Origin: Bacteroidales bacterium
GTDB taxonomy: Bacteria > Bacteroidota > Bacteroidia > Bacteroidales > UBA932
Direction: 5' to 3'
DNA length: 51,052 nucleotides
Assembly: GCA_024398315.1 (NCBI GenBank)
Contig: JAKSJH010000001.1
Coordinates: 1 to 51,052 of the forward strand
The stretch's first letter is position 1. Each line of letters opens with the position of its first letter. This document shows, in pieces, positions 1 to 10,161 of the stretch. Both the position numbers and the translations under genes were made by a program. The notes beneath the pieces were generated by a model. It saw nothing but the letters and a program-made list of their open reading frames with translations. It did no database searches and was not told the DNA's origin.

Positions 1-76
1 TGCAGACAAGCAGGGTGGCGAGAACACCTATGATGATCCCAAGGAGTGATGTGAGTAGAGGATAGTGCTTCTTCAT
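1..76 (-). CDS. N-terminus of a membrane-anchored or secreted protein (partial, runs off the window); possibly an S41 carboxy-terminal protease by gene context
   Basis: ATG at 76 reads MKKHYPLLTSLLGIIIGVLATLLVC, signal/TM-like, 4 nt downstream of the dCMP deaminase stop. The product is inferred only from recalled Bacteroidota synteny. Confidence 0.5.
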   Translation of the reverse strand, partial: MKKHYPLLTSLLGIIIGVLATLLVC

Positions 77-80
77 CGTG

Positions 81-485
81 TCAGTCTATCTTTTCAACGT
101 CTATTCCTGCCTTGCGAAGCAGGTCGATTCCGTCCGTCAGCCTGTATTCATCCTTGTAGACCACTCTCTTTATTCCAGCCTGGATGATCAGCTTGGCGCA
201 TTCCATGCATGGGGAGGCGGTGACGTAGAGAGTGCCGCCGAGGCTGCTGTTGCCGGACCTGGCAACTTTAGTGATGGCGTTGGCCTCTGCGTGGAGGACA
301 TAGGGCCTGGTGGCTCCGCTTTCATCTTCGCAGATGTTCTCGAAACCGGAAGGGGTGCCGTTGTAGCCGTCTGAGATGATCATCCTGTCCTTCACCAGAA
401 GGGCTCCCACCTGACGTCTCTTGCAGTATGAGTTGCCGGCCCATACCTGGGCCATTTCCAGATATTTCTGGTCGAATTTCTCCAT
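81..485 (-). CDS. dCMP deaminase family protein
   Basis: 134 aa; GYNG, HAEANAI and PCMEC zinc-deaminase motifs. Confidence 0.93.
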   Translation of the reverse strand: MEKFDQKYLEMAQVWAGNSYCKRRQVGALLVKDRMIISDGYNGTPSGFENICEDESGATRPYVLHAEANAITKVARSGNSSLGGTLYVTASPCMECAKLIIQAGIKRVVYKDEYRLTDGIDLLRKAGIDVEKID

Positions 486-487
486 TA

Positions 488-2158
488 TTACTTGTTCCTT
501 TGATAGAGGTATCTCTTGATGCTCCGCTTCGGAGTGCGTTCGAAGTCCTCTGGCATGAATTCAATCTTCTTTATCTGAGCGTAGTTAGGGAATTCCTTGT
601 TGAGGGAAGGAAGCAGGTCTCTGATAAGCTGTTCGAACTGCGCCCTGTCCATGCCGGCGAGCTCTCCCTGATGGTAGTCCGGGTAAATCAGCGCGGTCAG
701 GCCTCCGTTGTCTTCGATGACCAGTGAGTCTACGACATAAGGCACAGCGTTGATTGAGGCCTCAAGCTCTTCCGGATAGATGTTCTGGCCGCTCGGCCCG
801 AGAATCATGCACTTGGACCTTCCTTTGATGTAGAGATAGCCTTCATCGTCGATGATGCCCATGTCGCCGGTCCTGAGCCATCCGTCTTCAGTGAAGAGGT
901 CAGCAGTGGCCTGCGGATTCTTGTAGTAGCCTAGAGCCGTGTTAGGGCCTTTGACCTGAATCTCTCCTTCGATGGTGCGAGGATCCTCGGAATCAATCCT
1001 GAGTTCCATGTTCAGCACGCTTCTGCCGCAGGAGAAAGGTTTCTTCTCGTTGAAATGACTGTAGGCGATCATCGGAGCGCATTCTGTCATTCCGTAACCT
1101 ACCGTGTAAGGGAAGTCGATGTCCCAGAAGAACTTCTCGATGTCCTTGTTGAAGGCGGCGCCGCCCATGATCACTTCTATGAAATTCCCTCCGAAGGCTG
1201 TCACGAGCTCGTTGCAGATCTTCTTCTGGATCATCCTGTCGATGACCGGAACCTTGAGCAGGGTCTTGACCGGACCTTTCTCGACGATTTTCTGAAGCTT
1301 CGACTTGTAGACTTTCTCGATGATCAGAGGTACGGCTATGATCACATGAGGCTTCACCTCCTCAAAGGCCTGGAGGATGATCTTCGGACTCGGAACCCTT
1401 GTCAGGAAATGCACGTGGGCGCCGATCATCATCTCGTAGAGGAACTCGAACATCATGCCGTACATGTGGGCGGTAGGAAGCATCGAGACGACGTTGGAGC
1501 GGTTGTTCAGTTCTGGCAGTACCTTGTCGGCGAACAGGATGTTGTTGCAGAGGGCCCTGTACGGAATCATCACACCTTTTGAGAAACCGGATGTGCCGGA
1601 GGTGTAGTTGATGATGGCCAGCTCGTTCGGCGAATCCTTGTAGAAGTTGAGGTCCTGGGCTTCGAACGAGTTGGGATGGCGCTTCCCGAAATATTCATTC
1701 ATGTGCTCCCTTGTCTGGGTGATCCTGTCGTTGCGTGTGTAGAGGAGCTTGAACGTGTTGATCTGGACCACGGCATAGAGCCCCGGCATCTCGTCAGGGT
1801 TGAGCCCCTCCCAGATGACATCGTCCACGAACAGTACCTTGGCCTCGGAGTGGTTTATCAGGTAGTGGATGTTGCCTGGCTTGAATTCATGCAGTATGGG
1901 GACCGGAACAGCGCCGTAGGTCAGGGCCGCCAGGAAGCTGACACCCCAGTTTACCTGGTTCTTGGCGCAGATGGCCACTTTGTCCTCCTTGTGGAGGAAA
2001 CATTTCTCGAAGGCAATCTGGAGCTTTTCGATGCGCCTCGCCACATCTCTGTAGGAAAGAGTTATTCCCTGGTAGTTCGACAAGGCCGGTCTGTCCCAGT
2101 TCTTCTTGAAACTTTCCTCAAGCCTTTTGTTGACTGACTGAAACTGAAATTCGCTCAT
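488..2158 (-). CDS. Long-chain fatty acid-CoA ligase (AMP-binding)
   Basis: 556 aa; YTSGTSGFSKG P-loop, GYGMTE, GWLRTGD, GQNIYPEE. Confidence 0.92.
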   Translation of the reverse strand: MSEFQFQSVNKRLEESFKKNWDRPALSNYQGITLSYRDVARRIEKLQIAFEKCFLHKEDKVAICAKNQVNWGVSFLAALTYGAVPVPILHEFKPGNIHYLINHSEAKVLFVDDVIWEGLNPDEMPGLYAVVQINTFKLLYTRNDRITQTREHMNEYFGKRHPNSFEAQDLNFYKDSPNELAIINYTSGTSGFSKGVMIPYRALCNNILFADKVLPELNNRSNVVSMLPTAHMYGMMFEFLYEMMIGAHVHFLTRVPSPKIILQAFEEVKPHVIIAVPLIIEKVYKSKLQKIVEKGPVKTLLKVPVIDRMIQKKICNELVTAFGGNFIEVIMGGAAFNKDIEKFFWDIDFPYTVGYGMTECAPMIAYSHFNEKKPFSCGRSVLNMELRIDSEDPRTIEGEIQVKGPNTALGYYKNPQATADLFTEDGWLRTGDMGIIDDEGYLYIKGRSKCMILGPSGQNIYPEELEASINAVPYVVDSLVIEDNGGLTALIYPDYHQGELAGMDRAQFEQLIRDLLPSLNKEFPNYAQIKKIEFMPEDFERTPKRSIKRYLYQRNK

Positions 2159-2179
2159 ATCTCCGATTCTATCGTTGTT

Positions 2180-4384
2180 TTACTGCTTTTCAAATTTGAA
2201 ACTGCGGTCTTTGCCGTCGTAGCATCTTGCCTTGACGCCGCCTTTGTCATCCGTCTCGAACGGACTGTCGGGCATTATGGTCTTGCTGCCTTCCCCTTTC
2301 AGCACCGGCTCGCCGCCGAGGAAAGGATAGAGCATGGCCTGTCTGGAAGTCCTTATTATCCAGTACTTATCCTTCCCGTTCAGGAAAAGCTCCGGAATGG
2401 ACTTGATCGTCTCGTCAGGGGCGATTCCGCACCAGCCTTCAACCTTGTTTCCGTGAAGGTCGATGAATCCTGCCGTGTTGTCCTTGTAGACCAGCATCGC
2501 AGTGTAGCCCTTGGCACCGGTGAAGTCATAGACCATCGGGCCGAGTGCAATCTCCTTTCCAAGGTCCACAGGGAAACCGCCCACGAATCTTCCGAGCCGG
2601 TCGATCAGGTAGAGCTCGCTTCCGGCTGCAAAAGCAAACTGGATCTTGCCGTTGTTGTAGTAGTCGACGTCCTGGACGAATCCGCAGAACTTCTTCTTGA
2701 ACGGAATTCCCCACAGGTCCTTGCCGTTTTCGTCCTGCAGGCATATTGAAAGATGGGAGTTCTGGTAGAGGGTGTTGGCCTTTCCGGTTGCACTGTTGGT
2801 CACCTTGAAAGGCCCTTCAGGAACTGTTACAGAAGTGTCTCTGTCGACAGTCTGAGGAGGGACTTTGCTCTTGGTGATGGATGTTCTGTCAAGGGTGAGG
2901 TCCACGGCCATCCTTCCATTCCTGCGCACCATGGACATGGTGACCGGAACGAACGGCGCGCCGGTTATGACATCCTTGAACCCTTCTTTCATCATAGGGG
3001 AGAAGTTGCTGTCCATAAGCGAAGGATCCTCTGTGAGAGAGTGGTACATCCAGAAGCCGCATTCCTTGCCTGGCAGCCTTTCCGTGAGTCCGTTGTCAGC
3101 CAGGCATTCCTTGAGACTGCCTTCGGCGTTGAGTTTTTCTGAATATTCAGCAACCCCTTTGAGACTTCCGACAATCGTCCAGTCTCCTCTTCTCAGGCAG
3201 GCTTTCTCATCAGTGGCCGTGAATATGCCGCCGAAGAGGGACTTTGCGAATCCGGGCTGGTTCCAAGTGCTGTCCGCGGTGCCTTTCCTGCTTCCGCTTC
3301 TTATGAGAAGGAACTGCTCGCGACCATCCGAAATGGTCAGACCTGCTATAGCAACCTCCTTTAAATCAATTGATTTCGCCCATGCTTCCGCTGTCATTCC
3401 TCTCATACCGGACTGGCTGTTCATCTCGGCCTGGTACTCGTCAAGCCTGACCTTTGCGTCAAGGTAGGACCTCCAGGATTTGAGATATTCCTTGATGTCC
3501 TTCACAGGGAGCGCAGCAAGGTAGGCGGTGTGTGAAGGGACTGTTTCCGCAACCTTGGATTCTCCGGAAGTGATGTCGAGTATGTTGATGTAGTTGGAAG
3601 GATCTTCTTCGTAAAGGATGTTCCCGCGGAGGATGACGCCTTTGGCGGAATGCTGCTCAAGTCCCAGTACAGTCCAGGAGGCCGCGTCCTTGATGAATGC
3701 GGAATGCTTGAAGTGCTTCTTCCCCGCGAAGGCCTCCATGAGATTCGGGATGTAGGCGTTGTTCACGAATATGGCATCCTCGTTCCTTACCTGGGCGGCG
3801 ACCTGTGAGAACCCGGTGGCTTCAAGAATCGAGTGCCCTTCAGCGAGGTGTCTTGCGGAGGAATTGATCAGGGTCCCGGATGTCGAGATCATGATAGTAT
3901 TCATGTCAATCCTAGTGGAAAGACCTCTTTCCGCCGCCATCGAAAGCAGCCTTCTCATATCCGCGGAAGTGTCAGCGGCGCTCAGGGTGTCCTTGGGCCC
4001 CGTCACCGCCCCCTCGGGACAGCCGATCACGAGGAGAGGCGGAAGGTCCTTGCTGTAGTGTACCGACATCGTCGCTGAGCATTTCCTCAGGCTTGGGAAT
4101 GAAGCCTCGCTGATGAAGCGGAACTTGTCCGATGCCAGCCTGCGGAATATGGAGACACTGTCTCCCATGAAAGCCGCAGCGTCCTTGAAATCCTTGAAAC
4201 ACAGCACCATGGCTGCGTCTGAAGGAATCGCTTTGACAAGAGGGTGCCTCTCAAGGAAATGGCCGCTCTCCGTTTCGTTCACTGCTGTCCCATTGCCTGA
4301 ATACAGCTTCGAGACTGCAAGGACAATCCCTGCGGTCAGGACGATCGCGCAGAAGAGGAGCGTTATGAGAGTTTTTCTGTTCAT
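2180..4384 (-). CDS. Membrane-anchored hypothetical protein (DUF3352-like, C-terminal beta-propeller-like region)
   Basis: 734 aa; N-terminal TM segment, 'KAIPSDA' and C-terminal DVDYYNNGKIQFAF / DFTGAKGY repeat-like motifs. Confidence 0.65.
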   Translation of the reverse strand: MNRKTLITLLFCAIVLTAGIVLAVSKLYSGNGTAVNETESGHFLERHPLVKAIPSDAAMVLCFKDFKDAAAFMGDSVSIFRRLASDKFRFISEASFPSLRKCSATMSVHYSKDLPPLLVIGCPEGAVTGPKDTLSAADTSADMRRLLSMAAERGLSTRIDMNTIMISTSGTLINSSARHLAEGHSILEATGFSQVAAQVRNEDAIFVNNAYIPNLMEAFAGKKHFKHSAFIKDAASWTVLGLEQHSAKGVILRGNILYEEDPSNYINILDITSGESKVAETVPSHTAYLAALPVKDIKEYLKSWRSYLDAKVRLDEYQAEMNSQSGMRGMTAEAWAKSIDLKEVAIAGLTISDGREQFLLIRSGSRKGTADSTWNQPGFAKSLFGGIFTATDEKACLRRGDWTIVGSLKGVAEYSEKLNAEGSLKECLADNGLTERLPGKECGFWMYHSLTEDPSLMDSNFSPMMKEGFKDVITGAPFVPVTMSMVRRNGRMAVDLTLDRTSITKSKVPPQTVDRDTSVTVPEGPFKVTNSATGKANTLYQNSHLSICLQDENGKDLWGIPFKKKFCGFVQDVDYYNNGKIQFAFAAGSELYLIDRLGRFVGGFPVDLGKEIALGPMVYDFTGAKGYTAMLVYKDNTAGFIDLHGNKVEGWCGIAPDETIKSIPELFLNGKDKYWIIRTSRQAMLYPFLGGEPVLKGEGSKTIMPDSPFETDDKGGVKARCYDGKDRSFKFEKQ

Positions 4385-4391
4385 CCTGATG

Positions 4392-5096
4392 TCACTGTGC
4401 TATGAACATGTAGACAATGTTGCCCATCTGTCTTGCAGGAGCGGTAGGGGAGGCCGAGAACTTTGAAAGCCTCGCCGCTCTGACAGCGAAGTTCCTGAGG
4501 CACTGGTCGCCGGACGAAACGTCGTCCTGTACCTTTGCGTTGATGACGTTCCCGGAAGGGTCAACCGTGATGATGACGGTCACATAACCTGCTCCCAGGC
4601 ATCTGTATGCAGGAATGGAAAGTCTGCTGGCCTTCCTTCCTTCCAGTTCGTATGATGCTACGGACGGACCGCTGTAACTCTGTTTCGAAGATTCTTCGGC
4701 TTTCGGTTCCGGTTTGTTGACCGGGGCGTAGTCTTCGTCCGGTTCGTCAATCTTGAATCCGTTCTTCAGTTCGTTGGCCAGTTTCTCTGCGTCCTTGTAG
4801 AGCTGTTCGGCGTTGGTGTTCCTGTCGTCCTTGAGTGTAGAGCTCCTGTCGACGGCGATGTTCCTTATCGGGGCGCCGGCCGAGGCCTGGATCATCTCGT
4901 CCAGCTTGCGGCTGACCTCCTCCTTCATCGTCTCGACCTCCTTCTGCTTCTGGACCTCCTCCACCTTGCTGAAATCCAGCACGAAGGAGTTCTCTCTCTT
5001 CAAGGCGGCGCTGATCTGACAGATCAGCAGCACGATGATCACCAGAAGGTGGAAGATCACCGTAATGTAAAGCCCTGCTCTGTCTTCGCTGTCCAT
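4392..5096 (-). CDS. Energy transducer TonB-like protein
   Basis: 234 aa; N-terminal TM with His (TVIFHLLV), charged linker, TonB-C-like domain (GYVTVIITVDPSGNVINA...AVRAA). Confidence 0.8.
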   Translation of the reverse strand: MDSEDRAGLYITVIFHLLVIIVLLICQISAALKRENSFVLDFSKVEEVQKQKEVETMKEEVSRKLDEMIQASAGAPIRNIAVDRSSTLKDDRNTNAEQLYKDAEKLANELKNGFKIDEPDEDYAPVNKPEPKAEESSKQSYSGPSVASYELEGRKASRLSIPAYRCLGAGYVTVIITVDPSGNVINAKVQDDVSSGDQCLRNFAVRAARLSKFSASPTAPARQMGNIVYMFIAQ

Positions 5097-5147
5097 TTTG
5101 CTGAATTACTGAATTCCTGAATATTCTCCCGGATAAAGCGTGCGTCT

Positions 5148-6554
5148 CTAGAATTCCGCGTTCTTCGGTGTCCTTGGGAAAGGAATGACGTCCCTGATGT
5201 TCGACATACCGGTCACGAACAGGAGGAGCCTTTCGAAACCAAGGCCGAATCCGCTGTGAGGAACAGAACCGAACCTTCTTGTGTCGATGTACCATTCGAG
5301 GTTCTTCCTGCTCATTCCAAGTTCATTGATCCTGTTCTCAAGCTTCTCGAGTGACCACTCCCTTTCAGAACCGCCGATGATCTCTCCGATCTTAGGGAAG
5401 AGAACATCCATTGCGCGCACTGTCTTGCCGTTTTCGTCCTGCTTCATGTAGAAGGCCTTGATCTCCTTAGGGTAGCCGGTGAGGATGACTGGTTTCTGGA
5501 AGTGCTTCTCGACCAGGTACCTCTCATGCTCGCTCTGGAGGTCGACACCCCAGTAGACAGGGTACTCGAACTGAGTTCCGTTCTTGACGGCTTCTTCAAG
5601 AATCTTGATTCCTTCTGTGTATTCAAGTCTGACGAATTCTGTGTCTGTGACACCTTTCAGTCTCTCGATCAGTTCGTTGTCGTACTTGTCGTTGAGGAAC
5701 TGAAGGTCTTCCGCACAGTTGTCCAGAGCGTATCTGACGAGCGTCTTGATGAATTCCTCAGCGAGATTCATGTTGTCGTTGATGTCATAGAATGCCATCT
5801 CCGGCTCAACCATCCAGAATTCTGCGAGATGTCTCGGAGTGTTGGAGTTTTCGGCACGGAATGTAGGACCGAATGTGTAGATCTCACCAAGAGCCGTGGC
5901 TCCGAGCTCGCCTTCAAGCTGGCCGCTTACGGTGAGGCTGGTCTGCTTGCCGAAGAAGTCTCCGCTGTAGTCGACGCCCCCCTTCTTGTTCCTTGGAAGC
6001 GGCTTCTCGAGGTCGAGGGTCGTAACCTGGAACATCTGTCCTGCACCTTCGCAGTCGGATTCTGTTATGAGAGGAGTGTTGAGATAGACGAAACCTCTGT
6101 CGTTGAAGAACTTATGGATTGCAAAAGCCATCGCGTGACGAATTCTGAGGACAGCACCGAAAGTGTTGGTCCTCGGACGGAGATGAGCCACAGTGCGGAA
6201 ATACTCAAGTGTCGCTCCCTTCTTCTGGATCGGATATTTCATCGGATCGCAGTCTCCGTAGACCTCTATCTTTTTCGCATGGATCTCAACAGCCTGTCCG
6301 CTGCCCACAGACTCGACGAGGTCTCCCTCGACGCAGATGCTTGCTCCGGTGGTGATCCTTGCAAGAAGATTCTCGTCGAAGGCCTCAGCATCGGCCACTA
6401 CCTGTATGTTGTTGACGCAAGATCCGTCATTCAAGGCGATGAACTTGATCTGTTTGTTGCCTCTCTTCGTTCTGACCCAACCTTTGGCAAGGACTTCCTG
6501 ACCCGGCTCCGAGTTCAGAAGCTCTTTCACTTTTCTTCTAGTAAGTGTGCTCAT
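5148..6554 (-). CDS. asnS: Asparagine--tRNA ligase
   Basis: 468 aa; [48 protein letters not shown]. Confidence 0.97.
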   Translation of the reverse strand: MSTLTRRKVKELLNSEPGQEVLAKGWVRTKRGNKQIKFIALNDGSCVNNIQVVADAEAFDENLLARITTGASICVEGDLVESVGSGQAVEIHAKKIEVYGDCDPMKYPIQKKGATLEYFRTVAHLRPRTNTFGAVLRIRHAMAFAIHKFFNDRGFVYLNTPLITESDCEGAGQMFQVTTLDLEKPLPRNKKGGVDYSGDFFGKQTSLTVSGQLEGELGATALGEIYTFGPTFRAENSNTPRHLAEFWMVEPEMAFYDINDNMNLAEEFIKTLVRYALDNCAEDLQFLNDKYDNELIERLKGVTDTEFVRLEYTEGIKILEEAVKNGTQFEYPVYWGVDLQSEHERYLVEKHFQKPVILTGYPKEIKAFYMKQDENGKTVRAMDVLFPKIGEIIGGSEREWSLEKLENRINELGMSRKNLEWYIDTRRFGSVPHSGFGLGFERLLLFVTGMSNIRDVIPFPRTPKNAEF

Positions 6555-6576
6555 TTCAAGTATATATTTTAACTTC

Positions 6577-6607
6577 CAAATATAACCAATTTTTCAGCCA
6601 ACTCAAA
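6577..6607 (-). promoter_or_regulatory. Bacteroidota sigma70 promoter of asnS
   Basis: Minus strand TTTG (6607-6604), N19, TATATTTG (6584-6577); matches the TTTG/TAnnTTTG consensus. Confidence 0.7.
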
Positions 6608-6644
6608 GAAAAAAGGGTCACCGTTTCCGGTAACCCTTTTTTCT
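6607..6644 (-). terminator. Intrinsic terminator of the exbBD operon (bidirectional form)
   Basis: AGAAAAAAGGGTCACCG-TTTC-CGGTAACCCTTTTTTCT inverted repeat with A/T tracts on both sides, 17 nt after the exbD stop. Confidence 0.85.
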
Positions 6645-6661
6645 AGTATTGTTTGGAATGG

Positions 6662-7126
6662 TTATTTCTTCTCTGTCTTTCTAGCAGCGTACATGATCTT
6701 CAACGCTGAACAGCGTCTCAGCTCCTGCTTTACGTCAGTGATGATACCCATTCTTGCATCTTCGTCTGCCTTGATTGAAACTTGCATCAATTGGCGGTCC
6801 GCTTCGCTCAAAGATTCACGCTCTGCAGCGATGAAGTCACGGATGTCCGTTGTGGTCTTGAAAGAGTCGTTGAGCTGGATTCTGGATTCGGTACCGTACT
6901 GTGCCTGATACTGGGCGGTAGGTGATCCGATGTAGATGTAGGACGCAAGGTCCTTTCTCTCGAGCTTGACTATTTCAGATGCTTCAGGAAGCTTGACTTT
7001 GACCTTAACTTCGGTGGAACGAAGCTGGGAGCACACCATGAAGAAGAACAGGAACATGAACACGATATCGGAACTTGATCCGATCTCAGGCATGTCTTTC
7101 TTATTGCTTCTTTTGAATACTGGCAT
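6662..7126 (-). CDS. exbD: Biopolymer transporter ExbD/TolR family
   Basis: 154 aa; DIVFMFLFFFMV TM motif with Asp; C-terminal SIKADEDARMG. Confidence 0.88.
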   Translation of the reverse strand: MPVFKRSNKKDMPEIGSSSDIVFMFLFFFMVCSQLRSTEVKVKVKLPEASEIVKLERKDLASYIYIGSPTAQYQAQYGTESRIQLNDSFKTTTDIRDFIAAERESLSEADRQLMQVSIKADEDARMGIITDVKQELRRCSALKIMYAARKTEKK

Positions 7127-7143
7127 AATTCTATCCTCCTGAT

Positions 7144-7722
7144 TTACTTTTTGGTTACATCCTTAGGCTCCGCCTCGGAAATGTTCTGAGGAACTGCTTC
7201 CCTGACAATCTTCTGCTGGTCTTCGGTAAGGGCGACGTAAAGTCTTCCGTACTGTGCCTTTGAGAAATCGTCACGGACTTCATTGATGGCCTTCACGAGT
7301 TCGTTCTGGACATCGATGTAAGCCTTGTAGCTTGTTCCACGGTCATTCTGAAGCGAAATGACTCCTTTGCTCACAGGATAATCACCGAAGCCTTCGATGG
7401 TCTTGACCTCCCTTTCTGGAAGGTTAGGGTCGTTGGTAGGGTTGGTGATGAATTCCTTGATCTTGTCCTTGAGCTGGCTGACATCCAACGGCTCGTCTCC
7501 GGCAAACAACCTGTCACCAGAATTGATTCTTACAATAATGATGTTACGCTTGTTGACCTTCTGGTCCTCAGCCTGCTTCTGGTCCTCCGGCATAGGAGGG
7601 AGGCGGCGCTGCAGACCTGACTGCTGATCCATGGTGGAAGTCATCAGGAAGTAGCAGAGGAGAAGGAATGCGATATCTGATGTTGATTGAGTGTTGAGAC
7701 CCGGTGTTTGTCTTTTAGCCAT
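7144..7722 (-). CDS. exbD: Biopolymer transporter ExbD/TolR family
   Basis: 192 aa; SDIAFLLLCYFLMTSTM TM motif; ISLQNDRGTSY. Confidence 0.88.
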   Translation of the reverse strand: MAKRQTPGLNTQSTSDIAFLLLCYFLMTSTMDQQSGLQRRLPPMPEDQKQAEDQKVNKRNIIIVRINSGDRLFAGDEPLDVSQLKDKIKEFITNPTNDPNLPEREVKTIEGFGDYPVSKGVISLQNDRGTSYKAYIDVQNELVKAINEVRDDFSKAQYGRLYVALTEDQQKIVREAVPQNISEAEPKDVTKK

Positions 7723-7731
7723 GTTCTTGGA

Positions 7732-8154
7732 TTATTTGGATTTGATGGCGTTGTTGATCACTCCGTAGATGATTGCGCATACTGCGCCGACTCCGAGGAT
7801 CGCGGTGAGCAACATCATGGTGTCAGTCATCTTGAGCATGAATGCTGATGGCTGCTCCTTGACATTGAGAGCTGGGGAACCTGCAGAAACTGCATAGACG
7901 ACACCGACGAGGGCGGCTGCAATGACAATGAAAATAATTGCCTTGATGAGGCCCTTAGGGTCGTTGACGGCTGCTTTTACGATTGTGAGTCCCAAGAGAA
8001 CGACAACGGCTGCAATCATCAGCACGTACGCATACTTGAGAAGCACATCGACCGAAGCAGTGTTCTGGGCATCACCGGAGGCGAGGCACCAAGCGCCGAA
8101 GCCAATACCGAGAAGTCCGAGAACCCATCCGACTATTTTTGCTATCTTGTTCAT
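7732..8154 (-). CDS. Small polytopic membrane protein of the exbB-exbD cluster
   Basis: 140 aa with four hydrophobic segments, tightly packed between exbB and exbD. Confidence 0.8.
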   Translation of the reverse strand: MNKIAKIVGWVLGLLGIGFGAWCLASGDAQNTASVDVLLKYAYVLMIAAVVVLLGLTIVKAAVNDPKGLIKAIIFIVIAAALVGVVYAVSAGSPALNVKEQPSAFMLKMTDTMMLLTAILGVGAVCAIIYGVINNAIKSK

Positions 8155-8183
8155 TATCTGATGATTCTAGAATGTCTTACAAA

Positions 8184-8993
8184 TTATTTCTTATCGTACT
8201 TTGCGAGTGCGTCGACGAGGTCGATGGAAGCATTCTCCATGTCGATTGAAAGGGCGTCGATCCTTGAAAGAATATAGTTGTAGAACACCTGGAGAATCAT
8301 AGCGACGATAAGACCACCGACGGTTGTGATAAGGGCGACCTTCATACCACCTGCGACAATGTTAGGGGAGATGTCACCTGCAGCCTCGATAGCATCGAAT
8401 GCCTGGACCATACCGAGCACTGTTCCCAAGAATCCGAGAGAAGGAGCGAGGGAGATGAAGAGGGAGATCCATGAGAGGTTGTTCTCCATGAGGCTCATCT
8501 GGACGCCACCGGCAGAGGCGATTCTCTTCTCGACTACGTCAAGTCCCTCATCATAGTGGAGGAGACCGTCATAGAAGATGCTGGCGACAGGGCCCTTAGT
8601 GTTGCGGCAGACGTCAAGAGCGCTCTCGACACCACCGTTTGCAAGAGCTTCCTCGATCTTGGCGATAAGCTTCTTGTTGTTAGTCTTTGCAAAAGCGAGA
8701 TAAAGGATTCTCTCGATTGCGAGGGCAAGACCGAGAATCAAGCAGAGGATGATTGCTGACATGAAGGCAGGACCACCCTGGATGAAATACGACTTGACCT
8801 GCTGATGGAAAGGAACCTCCTCACCGTTACCCTTGAGAAGATCCTCTGCAGTCATTGGCTGGGCAGCCTGTGCGGCTTCCTGAACCTGCTCTGCAGCGGC
8901 CTGGCCTGCAGCGGCTTCGTCCTGAGCTGATGCAATGTTTGCAGTAAAAGTGAGGACACCTGCTACTGCCAAAAACATGAAAAACTTTTTCAT
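8184..8993 (-). CDS. exbB: MotA/TolQ/ExbB proton channel family protein
   Basis: 269 aa; signal peptide, APSLGFLGTVLGM and GMKVALITTVGGLIVA. Confidence 0.93.
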   Translation of the reverse strand: MKKFFMFLAVAGVLTFTANIASAQDEAAAGQAAAEQVQEAAQAAQPMTAEDLLKGNGEEVPFHQQVKSYFIQGGPAFMSAIILCLILGLALAIERILYLAFAKTNNKKLIAKIEEALANGGVESALDVCRNTKGPVASIFYDGLLHYDEGLDVVEKRIASAGGVQMSLMENNLSWISLFISLAPSLGFLGTVLGMVQAFDAIEAAGDISPNIVAGGMKVALITTVGGLIVAMILQVFYNYILSRIDALSIDMENASIDLVDALAKYDKK

Positions 8994-9116
8994 AACCGTT
9001 TTTGAGTGTTTTAATTAATAATGTATTAAATAGTTATAATTTTCAATCTTGCCGGATGCGCACTACGCCCCGGAAATTCGATGCAATTTACTAAATTATT
9101 TTTATTCAACAATGAA

Positions 9117-10157
9117 TTACGAGGAAATTTCTCCTCTCAAATTTTCTCCAAGCAGTCTTTTCACCTTCTCCAGGTCCTCGTTCTCCCCCAGGAGATGGAA
9201 AAGCTTCCCAAGGGCACCTTCCGTTGTTATGTCCTTTCCGGAGACCACTCCCGCATCCTCCAGTTTCTTTCCTGTTGAGTATATCTTCATATTCACATTG
9301 CCTGAAGGACACTGGGTTACGTTGAGCAGGACCTTGCCCATGGAGGCCGCCTCCTCGACTATGCCGGTGAACCAGTCGGCTGACGGGGCGTTGCCGGATC
9401 CGTAGGTCTCGAGTATGACCGCCTTGATCTCCTGTCCGCAGATGATGTGTCTCATGACAGGCGGCGTGATCCCCGGATGGACCTTCAGGATGGACACGTC
9501 TGTCAGCAGGTTCTCGTGGACCTTGAGGGGCGCGTCCCAGGACGAAGGTCTGATGATGAGGTCGTCATTGTAGCGTATGCTGATCCCTGCCGTGGCCAGA
9601 GGCAGGCAGTTTGGAGACTTGAATGCGGCGAAATTCTCCGAGCTGACCTTTGTGCTCCTGTTGCCTCTAAGGAGCATCGAATTGAAGTAGATCGACACTT
9701 CCGGCACTCTTGCGTGGCCTTCGTCGTCTTTCGTTGAAGCGATCTCCACTGCGGAGATGAGATTCTCCTTCCCGTCTGTCCTGGGTGCACCGATCGGCAG
9801 CTGGCTGCCGGTCAGGACCACGGGCTTCGCAAGGTCCTCAAGCATGAAGCTCAGGGCTGAGGCGGTGTAGGCCATGGTGTCGGTGCCGTGCAGTATGACG
9901 AATCCGTCATAGGACTCGTAGCTGTCCCTGATCAGCAGGGCTATCCTTCTCCACATCTCCGGGTCCATGTCGGAGGAGTCTATCAGGGGGGCGAAAGTGT
10001 AGGAGTCGATCCTGATGGCGAACTTCTTGAGTTCGGGCACTTCTTCAAGTATGGCCTTGAAGTCGAACGGCTTCAGGGTCTGGTCCGCCGGATCCTGTCT
10101 CATTCCGATGGTCCCTCCTGTGTAGATAAGCAGTATGGATGATCTTTTCCTGTCCAT
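9117..10157 (-). CDS. ansA: L-asparaginase type I (cytoplasmic)
   Basis: 346 aa; IYTGGTIGM, HGTDTMAY, LTGSQ, YGSGN motifs. Confidence 0.92.
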   Translation of the reverse strand: MDRKRSSILLIYTGGTIGMRQDPADQTLKPFDFKAILEEVPELKKFAIRIDSYTFAPLIDSSDMDPEMWRRIALLIRDSYESYDGFVILHGTDTMAYTASALSFMLEDLAKPVVLTGSQLPIGAPRTDGKENLISAVEIASTKDDEGHARVPEVSIYFNSMLLRGNRSTKVSSENFAAFKSPNCLPLATAGISIRYNDDLIIRPSSWDAPLKVHENLLTDVSILKVHPGITPPVMRHIICGQEIKAVILETYGSGNAPSADWFTGIVEEAASMGKVLLNVTQCPSGNVNMKIYSTGKKLEDAGVVSGKDITTEGALGKLFHLLGENEDLEKVKRLLGENLRGEISS

Positions 10158-10161
10158 TTTA

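Noticed and set aside
5101-5124. Three 8-bp units CTGAAT(TA/TC/AT) upstream of the TonB-like gene
   Set aside because: Too short and degenerate to call an operator or repeat.
9052-9073. Minus-strand CGGGGCGTAGTGCGCATCCGG resembles a tRNA-Pro 5' end upstream of exbB
   Set aside because: No anticodon arm, T-arm (GTTC) or acceptor 3' strand follows; better explained as a small 5' leader hairpin.
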